Shown one piece after another: positions 53,714 to 64,000 of a DNA stretch of 64,000 nucleotides (the stretch's first letter is position 1; each line of letters starts with the position of its first letter). Both the position numbers and the translations under genes were made by a program. Source of the DNA: Octopus sinensis (taxonomy: Eukaryota); contig NC_043002.1 in assembly GCF_006345805.1 (NCBI RefSeq), positions 78,864,001 to 78,928,000 of the forward strand. Direction: 5' to 3'. The notes under the pieces were generated by a model. The model saw nothing but the letters and a program-made list of their open reading frames with translations, did not search any database and had not been told where the DNA came from.

Positions 53714-54948
53714 ATCCTGTACCACACCCTAGCGGTTGAGGGAACCTGTGGAAGAGGGAGACCCAGGAAGACCTGGGATGAGGTGGTGAAGCATGACCTT
53801 TGAACATTAGGCTTGAGAAGACCCGGCAAGCCAAATGAGACCATAACCTCATGGCCTGTGCCAGGGGTGTAACCAGCCCACTTATGTGTACCTTTCCTTC
53901 ATTGGGCACTAATCTCTGCTTGCGAAGACCTGTTAAGGCAAGTGAAATCAAAATTGAAATCAAATTCGATGACTGGCATCCATGCTAGTGGAGCAGTAAG
54001 AGCACCATCCAAGCATGATCGTTGATGTAATGATGCATGATGTAATGACATGCATAAGATCTGGTCATCAAATCTAAGTAGAGACTTCAAACTTGAAATC
54101 TTCAAAGCCACAGTTGAACCAATTCTACTATATGGCTCAGAAACCTGGACGTTATCAAAGAAGCTTGAGAGGCGATTGGATGGAACCTACACTCGCCTCC
54201 TTATGAGAGCTCAAAATCTCTCGTGGAAGCGCCATCCAACCAAAATGCAAATATATGGGAAACTACCACCTGTGTCATCTCTTGTGAAAGGTAGGAGAGT
54301 CCAGTTTGCTGAACATTGTTGTAGAGCTGAAAAAGATGTAATTCCTACTCTTCTCCTCTGGAAGCCATCTACTCGCAATACCAGAGGGCGCACACTCTCC
54401 TATCCTGATGTAATCTCCAGGGATACAGGCATCCAGCAACAGGACCTCCGTAATGCCATGATGGACCGTGAAGTCTGGCGTAGCATGGTAAATTCCATTG
54501 TCTCGACCACGGTCGAACAATGATGATGATGATGATCGTTGCCAGAGCAGCTAACTGACTTCCATGCCGGTGGCATGTAAAAAGTAGCATTTGAGCGTGA
54601 TCGTTACCACCGTCGCCTTACTGGCACTTGTGCCGGTGACATGTGAAAAAACATTCGAGTGAGGTCGTTGCCAGTGCCGCTGGACTGGCTCCTGTACAGG
54701 TGGCACATAAAAAACACCATTTGAGCATGGCCGTTGCCAGTACTGCCTGACTGGCCCTCGTGCCAGTGGCACATGAAAACACCCACTACACTCTCAGAGT
54801 GGTTGGCGTTAAGAAGGGCATCCAGCTGTAGAAACTCTGCCAGATCAGATTGGAGCCTGGTGCAGCCATCTGGTTTGCCAGTCCTCAGTCAAATCGTCCA
54901 ACTCATGCTAGCATGGAAAGCAGACATTAAACGATGATGATGATGATG
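53714..54948 (+). mobile_element. RTE LINE 3' end continuing into the family C repeat with (GAT)n tail
   Basis: VEGTCGRGRPRKTWDEVVKHDL at about 53714-53800, then a 3' UTR with tandem gtgccggtggcac(g/a)taaaa units and a gatgatgat tail at about 54933-54948. Confidence 0.85.
54049..54531 (+). mobile_element. 5'-truncated RTE-type LINE with intact ORF end, nested in the element above
   Basis: ORF 54050-54523 (KLEIFKATVEPILLYGSETWTL..DREVWRSMV) followed by (TGA)n. Flanked by ATGATCGTTG at 54015-24 and 54532-41. Confidence 0.92.
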
Positions 54949-56106
54949 AAACCTGGTCAAAGATACAGAATAAAATATTTTCTCAAATTATGAAAATGCA
55001 CCACTGGTGGTGCATATGGTGGTTTTGTGAAGTTTGTGATGAACCACCAGTGATACATGTACCATTTAACATATTAAAATTAACTTTCTTTTTAGCTATT
55101 TTCCTACATATTCTGCTTTTAGTTTATCTTTCAGTTTTAGTTTTCCTTTAGAGGTAGACCACAATTTACTCCTCAATCGTGTGCATAAGCTTTATTTTTT
55201 TTTTTAATGTTACTGAACTCATTTAGCTACAAATTTAAGAAGTTCACTTTACCATTATATGTTTGCAAATTTGATCCCACTGCCCAACACTTAAGGCAAG
55301 GAATTTCTGCTACAGCCTTTGCTTAGTCAGACCTTATTAATGAAATTTGGTTGTCAGAAACTTTGTAAAAGCCAATCATGTGATGTTACCATTGACAGAG
55401 CTAAGGAAAGCCAAAATCATGTAATCTGGTAGTCCCAGCAGCAGTTGATTTACCTGCCACTAGTGATATAAACAAGAGTGCTTATATGCACCACAAATCC
55501 ACAGGTGGCATGCTGGACAAAATATTTAGTGGTATCTCCTCTGGTTTTATGTTCTGAGTTCAAATTTCATCAAGATTGACTTTGACTTATATCCTCTTGA
55601 GGTTGATAAAATAATTTCCAGTTGAGCACTGGGGTCAACATATTCGACTTAACCCCTCCCCAGAGGTTGCTGGCCTTCTGCCAAAATTTGAAGCCATTAT
55701 TATTATTATTATTGTAGTATTAAAAATCATTATTTGTTATTGCAACAGCAGTACTGTTGTTTGTAGTGTATTTCTCATTGAGTCTTCAGCTACTTAATAA
55801 TAAAATAAAATGGAATAAGAAACAAATAGAAAAAAAAACAAATAAAATAATTCCCACTCCCAACCGAAATTTAAAAAAGAAAAAAGAACTAGTTAACAAA
55901 ATTTGAACTGATGATCACTTCCATCTGTTCTCATCTGCTTCCTTCCATAATAAATACACACTGATGCATACATCTTTTGACATGTGAATCATCTTCAACT
56001 AGTTTATTGTCTTCTAATGTTTATTTACATCAAACTTCTTTTTCTTTCTATTATTTTTTATGTCTTTAGTATTGATAAAGAAATTAATCTGTTACTTTAT
56101 TTATTC

Positions 56107-56153
<47 letters not shown>

Positions 56154-58650
56154 GAAATAAGCATGGGTATGTTTTGAAAGACAAGTTACATAATGTTTAG
56201 TGATATGTTGTTTTGTTTTGTTTTAGATTTGACTTCAAACTATTACACTCCACCTCTTTTTGTTTTTTTGTTTCTATATTTTGAAGTCAATTCTTTTTGC
56301 AGATCTTTGTAACTGATAACATGATTTGGATTCTTGTCTATTTCTAAAGTTTTCGTAAACTTATAGAGAGCTAAACATCCCATCACCATCACCTCTATCA
56401 CCACTGTCACCTTGTGCTATTTTTTAAAAATTTTATAAGGCTTTGATGCAGCAGGGAAAGGCTACATGTTGCTGAGTCAGTAGAGTGCTGGCCTAATAAA
56501 CCAAGAAGTTGAAGGTTCACATCTCAGTACTAGCACTAACTAAACTGTTCTACTCTCTTCCCAAAGAACTCCTACCTGTTAATTTTGAAACTAAATTAAG
56601 TATGATATGGTACTACACTACTGGTTTGAAGACTTTGAGTTCAATTCCACTGCAAGTATTTCATTATGGGACTGTACCTTTAATTCTTTGCACTTTAGTT
56701 CATCTAGTTCTCAAGAGCAAAGTACATTACAAATAAAATCTGGGAATATTATGTACAATAGAAAGATGTTTTATCTAGAAAGAGATTTACCTTTATCCAG
56801 TTATTGCAGTTGAAATTAAGCATCAGCCTCTATGAGCCTCTTACAGTTCTTGATATATCTACAACAATCAACAGCTTAATCCATATTGCTATAAATGAAG
56901 CTCAATTTACAATTGACGAGTATTATATAATTGTTTAATCTTTCATGACATGGTAGGTTGCAGATCAACTTCTACTTCCCCTCCATTTATATACATCAGA
57001 GTAAAATATTTAACATAGCTCAAAGTGGAACAAACCCTAAACAAGTTGACAAACCTAAACATACACAAGCAGGTGATAATTGTGGCCCAGTCTCTTAGGG
57101 CCTTTATTAATCTAAGTAGCTCTAAAGTGGCATAGCTCAACTATATTATTATTTCCAACAGTAGTTGTAAGGGCTTATGTAGAATTATGTAATAAAATAT
57201 TTACAGTAGATTTTAATTCAACATCTGGATCAATAGTTCAATACCATAAACACTTCTGTCAGCTTGCATCAGGCACAATAACAGAAATGCCACATATCTT
57301 GTTAATATCAGAGTTTGCTTCTATGAGATTACCCCTTCTTTAAAGCTAAAAGTACCAGGGTGGGAGTCACTGTTCTTCACAGAAATACTGTGGCCATTGA
57401 GATTTACACCTTCTTCTGCTCTTAAAGTGTGAGAGGCACTAAGACAATTTCTTCAGATTCTCAGCTGTAGCTTCTTGCTTGGAGAAACATGTGAGATATA
57501 GGTATTAGTTGATTGAGTCAAGGCTGGTACTTTATTATACTGGCCTTAGAAGGATAAAAGTGAAAGTTGAGCTCAGCTGAATTTAAATTTGAAATATAAA
57601 AGACTAGAATGAAATATCAAAGAGCACTTGCCTAATGAGCTCACAATTCAGCCAATCTACCACTATAGTACTCAACTATTTAAATTTCAAAGATAACCCA
57701 GTGACTTACCAACCTATCAGATTACATATGTTCTAAATTCCTTTCTCGAGTAAAATAATCACTAACTCCAGTAAGCTACTAAAGTGATGTCTCACTGCTA
57801 CCTCTGTTGTTATCTCAAATGCACTGTTGTAATAATATTTTACAATGGTTCAATTTCATTGTGAACCTTAACAGACTATGATATTTCTGTTCGAAGAAAA
57901 GAAATAATAATGTTAGTATACCTTCTCCTTGGATATAATGCTGGATCTTCTGTATGTTTTGTTTGCCCAAAATTTGCATTTTTATCATATTAGACAATCA
58001 GTGTGAGCTTAGTCACTTTGGACAGTTGGTTACTTTTAGTTTATCAAATATATAAGAATAAAAGGCCAGGGTAAGATGTACTTGATTTCTCATGTAAAGC
58101 TGTAGGCTCTCACACTGTACCAATAAGGTAGCTAGTGAGGCAAAGGGTGCAGTCTTGCCTGGGTGATGCATTTATGAAGGCAGCACTTTGGAGTCTGCTG
58201 TATAAGCCTATATAGGTTTAAGGGTCAGGATGGGGGTAGAAATGGCACACTCAAGAGCTACTCTGAGCAGCACAAACTCTAGCTGCACCCTGGGTTGTAC
58301 CCAATAATTATCCTTGATGTTTTTATGTCTACATCACTACTTACGATCTTGACTATAGATTATAAAGGGTAAAACAAGATGAAAACGAAAATTTAATTTA
58401 ATAAATGTATAAATTATTGTCCTGTCATAGAATTAGATCTTTTATACTTTCTAAAACTGAATCTTTTTCATTGACTTATAACTCATGACCCAAAGGTAAA
58501 GGGTTCATTATCTTATTAAATTCTTCATTATTCTGGGGGATTTTTTTTCACTTTTAAAATACAAATTAAAATAAAATGTTATTCTATACTTTAACTTCTG
58601 GAATTCATATTGCCTTATATTTATATATTGTTGTTGTTTTGTGTTTTGAG

Positions 58651-58753
58651 CTATTCTCAAGGGAAAGAAATACAGGGACAAATGGAAAGTAAGATCTGCA
58701 TCCGTACAACTGATGAAAAGGATGAAAGACCCTGTGCAACTTACCATGCTGAG
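58651..58753 (+). CDS. A2M: A2M-like exon (MG3)
   Basis: Phase 2 start gives C-S-H-YSQGKEIQGQMESKICIRTTDEKDERPCATYHAE, equivalent to CxxYTYGKPVxGxxxxxIC. GAG|gtaaat donor. The acceptor is the uncommon gAG. Confidence 0.82.
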
Positions 58754-58961
58754 GTAAATACTCTCTTATTGTCCTGCTATAGAAACCAATTTGTGTGTGT
58801 ATGTGCATACATGATGTAAATCTTTATTATATCTAATTTACAATGTTCCTGCTTATTGATTGTACTGTATTTACAATGTAATTACAATTTGTTTTGGTGT
58901 ATCAGAAGTATGAAGTTGTGAATATGTAAGAGTGAATGTTATAAATATTTGATATGAAAAG

Positions 58962-59110
58962 TGATAATGTTGGCTGGGTTAAAAAGCAACAGAGCATGCT
59001 GGGTTGAAAAGCGATAACACAAGGTTAGATTAAACAATAATAATGCATGTTGGGGGGAAAGAGCATAATGCATGCTTGGTTAAAAAGTAATAAAGTATAT
59101 TGAATTAAAA
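58962..59110. repeat. Degenerate minisatellite (about 24-nt unit)
   Basis: Recurring aatgcatgctgggttaaaaag-like units. Confidence 0.55.
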
Positions 59111-62100
59111 TATGGTAGCTGAGATGGAGGTGATATGAATAGCAATATGGAATGAAACAATCAGAAATTTAAATAGAAGTCTGGATCACAAAAAAGATAT
59201 TAACAGGACCAGAAATAATTTTTGAGTTGTGACACTGTAGATCTCTTTATTATGCAAAAACAGAGTAAGGGAAGAAGTCAAAAAGAAATTATGGATACCC
59301 CTGCATTACAGTAGTGTGATATTCCTGAAAATTTTGTCAAAATATGGAATTCCATACCATGATACTTATTTACCCATTGATTTCTATGTTACATAGAAAT
59401 TTATGATCATCGGCTTTACTGCTGAAATAGGTTTCGCATTATAAAATTCTATAATTTTTATAGATTTCTCAGGAACTCAACATATATATAAAACAGGGAA
59501 CACCTGTAATAGAATATGTACATATACCCATTGAGGTCGACTTTGCCTTTCATCCTTCTGGGGTCAATAAATTAAGTACCAGTTGCATACTGGAGTCGAT
59601 CTAATCGACCGGCCCCTTGCCCAGAAATTTTAGGCCTTGTGCCTAGAGTAGAAAAGAATACATACATACACATTCAGTTCCAGATGTGCTGAAAGGTGCA
59701 ACACATTACCAAACAGTATGGGCACTACAGATCAGTTCTACACTTTTCTCTGATGTGGGTTAACAATCTTTATAACTTTTGATAGGCTGGTGTGTGGACT
59801 CCTGCATTTATGCTCATGTAATTGATGTTTTGCTAGTCTTCTAAAACACATGTACTTTATATAAAGCATAAATACTGATTATGTTTTCTGCGTTCCTTAT
59901 ATATTTATATAAACACTGATGGTATGTTTACCATCTGCATATGGAATTTTGTTCTTGCTATCTTTACATTTATAAAAGTTGGTGAAATATTCTGTCATAC
60001 TAACTGAATAAAAATTCTAGCCCATTCCATATTCTCTGTGATCAGGATAGTAAATATATTGATTTCTTTCTGTAAGCTAAAATATTTTGTCAATATCCTT
60101 CCCAACAACTGTTTCCTAAAGTTTGGGAATCAATGAAAATAGTATTTTTTAAAAAAGCCAAATTGTAAACAATTAAAATAAAATTAATATCAATCTTAAG
60201 TAGCTTAAACTAGTAAGTTGCTTATCAATATTTTAATCTAGAATTTAAATTTTCAAAAGTATTTATTTATTTTTACTAAATGATGTATGTGGGGAGGAAT
60301 GAGTTGCATGGGATTTTATGCTATGGTGATTGATTAGGTGGAAGTAAACTGAGATAATAGATACAATGATCATTACATACAACAAGGTGACTTCATTGCT
60401 ATGAGGAGTGACTGGAATGGATGGTTGGCATCATATAGGATCCAGGAATTCTAAGGCATTACTGCATAAAATTGTTTTTCAAAAGTTAAGCTGAAATAAT
60501 GAAGAACAGAAACATAGAAAACAGCTGGGCTGAAGGTTTATAAAACTGATATAGGGCAGGCAAATAACAAATTTTAAAAATCAATAATAATGTAGTCATC
60601 TATGTATTGTACTTAACGTATGTACCATGTTGATGGGCTAGTTACTGTCGTCTTTGTCCTAAGAAAACATCTCTTGTAATAAAACATCTTTTGTAATATT
60701 AGTTCTGCCTGCATTGCACAGATACCACTTATTACTCTCACCATTGTCAATGCAGTGAACCAGTGAATGACATGCTGGAAACCTGCAGCATTGTTGTTTA
60801 TGGAATGCAATATAAATGTTTTAATATATAAGTAATATTTCATAGAGCTTTAAATGTATACTTTTGCGTATTCCTTTACAAATACTTTCTAAATTAGGAC
60901 AAAACACATTTGGAAACTCCTTTTGTCAAGACACAAATTTGAAAGCTGAATTAATGCAATAAAGTGAAGCCTAATTCTATAATATTTAAAATCTTGAGAG
61001 ACAAACAGTAAAATAACCATTACTGGACCTGCTAAAAACAAAAGATGGGATGGTCATATCTAGGGCACCTTTGGTCATAGGGCTGACCAGGGGTTAATGA
61101 ATAAGAATAATATACCAGGGATATGGGGGTAAACACATCACATTTTATGGTTTCTTCAGGAGATAGATTGACAGGAATAGTTAAGTATTTAAGGAATTCA
61201 CTTTGCAACTATCTGATTGTAAATTGGGTTTGATCCCACTGTACTGGCATCTTGGGCAAGTGTCTTCTGCTGTTGTAAAAAGTACTTTTATATTATGTGT
61301 GATGTGTCAGTAATATTTACTGCTCTGACATTATTAAAAATTACTATAAAGTATAGTTGAAAGAAATAACACTGGATGGACATAACAAGAATGCCTTTCA
61401 TTTTATATCTACACCATCAGGTCTGACCTGGGGTTAAATAACAACATATGGATGGTGAAGAGAATTTGATAAATTATCTAGCCAAGATGATATACAGTAA
61501 ATTATTGTCACTTGATACTGAAGTCTAATTGAGAATAAATTGGGCAAAGAAAGGAAACCACATACTAGAAACAACAAAAATTATATAAAATGATATTAAA
61601 AAAAAGTTACTGTTTTCTCAGTTCCCAGATGGGAATACATAGCCATTTTCCCTCCCATTACAAATGTGGAGTGGCATATCTATCTAAGAAATCATTATTA
61701 CTAAATTAAATAACCCATTGAATGCTTTAAAAAAACACATGATGTAAATAAGAAAGCATCAAAATTTCTGGTTTTCACATTCAAGACTACATTTTGTATA
61801 AAAAGAACCTACATAAGGTTTAAATAAATGTATGTGTATGTGTGTATGCACACACACACACACAAATATATGTTTGTGTGTGTGTATGTGTGCATATATA
61901 TGCATGTCTGTGTGTGTGTATATGTTTGTGTGCGTGCATGTGTATGTATGTGTACACACACACAGATAGAAAGAGGGATACATACAGTTATATATTTTTA
62001 GGTGTGTGTGTTTTTTATGTTGATGTGCTTTGGGTGGGTTGCCATGGTTTGATTTGCTACATATTTAGGAGTCCTATTCATGAATATGAACCAAAGGATC

Positions 62101-62210
62101 TCATTTTGTTTATGAGCTTCAGGCACAAAGACACACTCACACATAGACATATGTGTCTGTCTATATCTATATATATATATATATAATATGTATATGTATA
62201 TATATATATG

Positions 62211-63422
62211 TTGGGTCATCCCATAAATAATGCAGTTTTTTTATACTTCTTTTATTTTTCAAAATTAAGATAAACAATGTTCTTTTTTAATCTAAAATAT
62301 ACTCTCCATTTTCTACAATGCTCTTCCATCTATCTAGCAGACTTGCAAGGCCCCTCTTCCAAAATTCACTTGTCCATAATGAAAAATACTCCTCCAGCTC
62401 TGACCTCATCTACAGAATTCATATTTTTTCTGTCCAAATGATTTTGAAGTCTGCTGAATAAATGATAATCAGATGGGGCAATGTCTGGTGAATATGTTGG
62501 GTGGGGCAGCATTTCCCAATCAAACTGCTCCAGCCTTTGGAATGTCATCCTCATTTTTCTTCTAATGCTGACTTAAGCCACTCAAGATGCTCACTGTAGA
62601 TCTCCTTTGTTATTGTTTTGTTTGGGTTTAAAAGTTCAAAGTGGACTAAATCTGTCATATCCCACCAAACAGATAACAACACCTTACATGGGTAAAAACC
62701 TTTAGCTGGGGTGCTGGTGTTGCTCTTTTCCCTACCCACTGTCTTTGGCACATGACATTTCTATAGAAAACCTATTTCTTGTCACTAGTCACTATTCAGT
62801 CCAAAAAAAGGTTAATCCATGAGAAGTGGCTGCAAAGAAGAGCGCACATTCACTCTCTACATGCAATTAGACTCAGAAAGTTTGTGAGGAACCCATTGAC
62901 TCAATTTGACTTTTCCAATGGCACGCAGGTGTTGATGAATGTTTGAATGACCAAATCCAAGCTTCTCTGCTAGTTTCTTAACAGTTATGATGAGATTTTG
63001 TTCTACCAGGTTTTGCAGGATGTCCTTGTCAAGGTCTACAAATCTTCCAGGACAAGGATAATCTTTTAGGCTATAGTTTCTGGCTAGGAGTTTCTGGAAC
63101 CACTGTTGACACTGGCTTGCGCTTATTGTCCAATCTCCATATACTGCATTAATATTCCTCACACTTTCCATTCCATTGTTGCCTTTATTGAACTCATAAA
63201 ACAAAAGATGCCAAATGTGCTCCTTTGTCACTTCCATTATAGCTTTGAAAAAATAACTGTTAAAATCAAACTGCACTCTTCAAAACTTGCACTAAGAAGA
63301 AGTACAAGATAAAATTACTACCTGTTTTTATAGCAAGTTGATGCAGGAAGTTTATTCCGTCCCCCTCAGACTCTTAGTTCATACAATTGAAAAAGAACTG
63401 CATTATTTATGGGATGACCCAA
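62211..63422 (-). mobile_element. Near full-length mariner (DD34D) transposon, inactive
   Basis: TIRs TTGGGTCATCCCATAAATAATGCAGTT / AACTGCATTATTTATGGGATGACCCAA in TA-rich DNA. Transposase pieces: HTH..WVPHKL, IVTSDKK*, KVLLSVWWD, HPTYSPDIAPSDYHLF. Confidence 0.95.
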
Positions 63423-63602
63423 TATATATATATCTATATATATAAAAGAGGCTTCCACACTGTTACTGTTTACCATATCCACTCTCAAGGCATTGATCAA
63501 CCTAGCTAGAATTGAAAATAATTGCCCAAGGTTCTGTGCAGTGGGACTGAATCAGAAACCACCTGGTTGAAAAGCAAGCTTCTTAACCACACAGCCATGC
63601 AT

Positions 63603-63775
63603 GTGCGGTGGCACGTAAAAAGCACCCACTACACTCACAGAGTGGTTGGCATCCAGCTGTAGTACACTGCCAGATCAGACTGGGCCTGGTGCAGCCTCCT
63701 GGCTTCCAAGACTTCGGTCGAACCGTCCAACTCATGCTAGCATGGAAAGCAGACGTTAAACGATGATGATGATGA
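63603..63775 (+). mobile_element. Family C element with (GAT)n tail
   Basis: ggtggcacgtaaaaagcacccactacactc...catgctagcatggaaagcagacgttaaacgatgatgat. Confidence 0.85.
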
Positions 63776-64000
63776 TATATATATATATATATCATCATTT
63801 TAATGTTCATTTTTAAATGCTTTCATGGGTCAGACAATATTTACTTTAGCTGGATGCTCTTTCTGTTGCCAACCCTCACCTATTTCTAAGTAAGGTAATA
63901 TTTCCACAAAGCTAGATATCTCAGAAGATTGGAAATGAAGGACACCACTTGCATCCATATGTGTATGTTTATACATACAGGGTGCAGTGAATAAGCTGTC

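Noticed and set aside
54560-54790. Regularly spaced direct repeats resembling a CRISPR array
   Set aside because: Degenerate tandem units of the family C/RTE 3' UTR with related spacers. The context is eukaryotic and there are no cas genes.
56461-56535. tRNA-like sequence with AAT at the anticodon position
   Set aside because: Stems too degraded to call. Probably an old SINE head.

Overview
AT-rich, repeat-dense eukaryotic DNA. The SINE families and (TA)n/(CA)n load point to a coleoid cephalopod, most likely an octopus (inference). Nearly all ORFs in the supplied track are spurious microsatellite or SINE translations. One host gene is present: seven in-phase + strand exons (24133-58753, 778 nt, about 259 aa) encoding the N-terminal MG1-MG3 region of an alpha-2-macroglobulin-type thioester-family protein. 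Its signal-peptide exon was not found and the gene appears to continue beyond the window. The rest is transposon-derived: at least three SINE families, RTE and CR1-like LINE fragments, two decayed mariners, a decayed hAT, hAT/mariner/piggyBac-type MITEs, a non-autonomous Helitron and a tRNA-Thr(UGU) pseudogene. The most unusual signal is a set of Penelope-like element (PLE) remnants sitting in (TA)n tracts. Two are long near-perfect fold-back hairpins (4454-4731, 11848-12249), and the second carries a minimal hammerhead ribozyme with a compensatory U3-A8 core pair in each arm. The third is a GIY-YIG-tail plus hammerhead PLE end nested in a SINE microsatellite (27034-28163). All calls were made by eye with no database search, and boundaries of decayed repeats are approximate.
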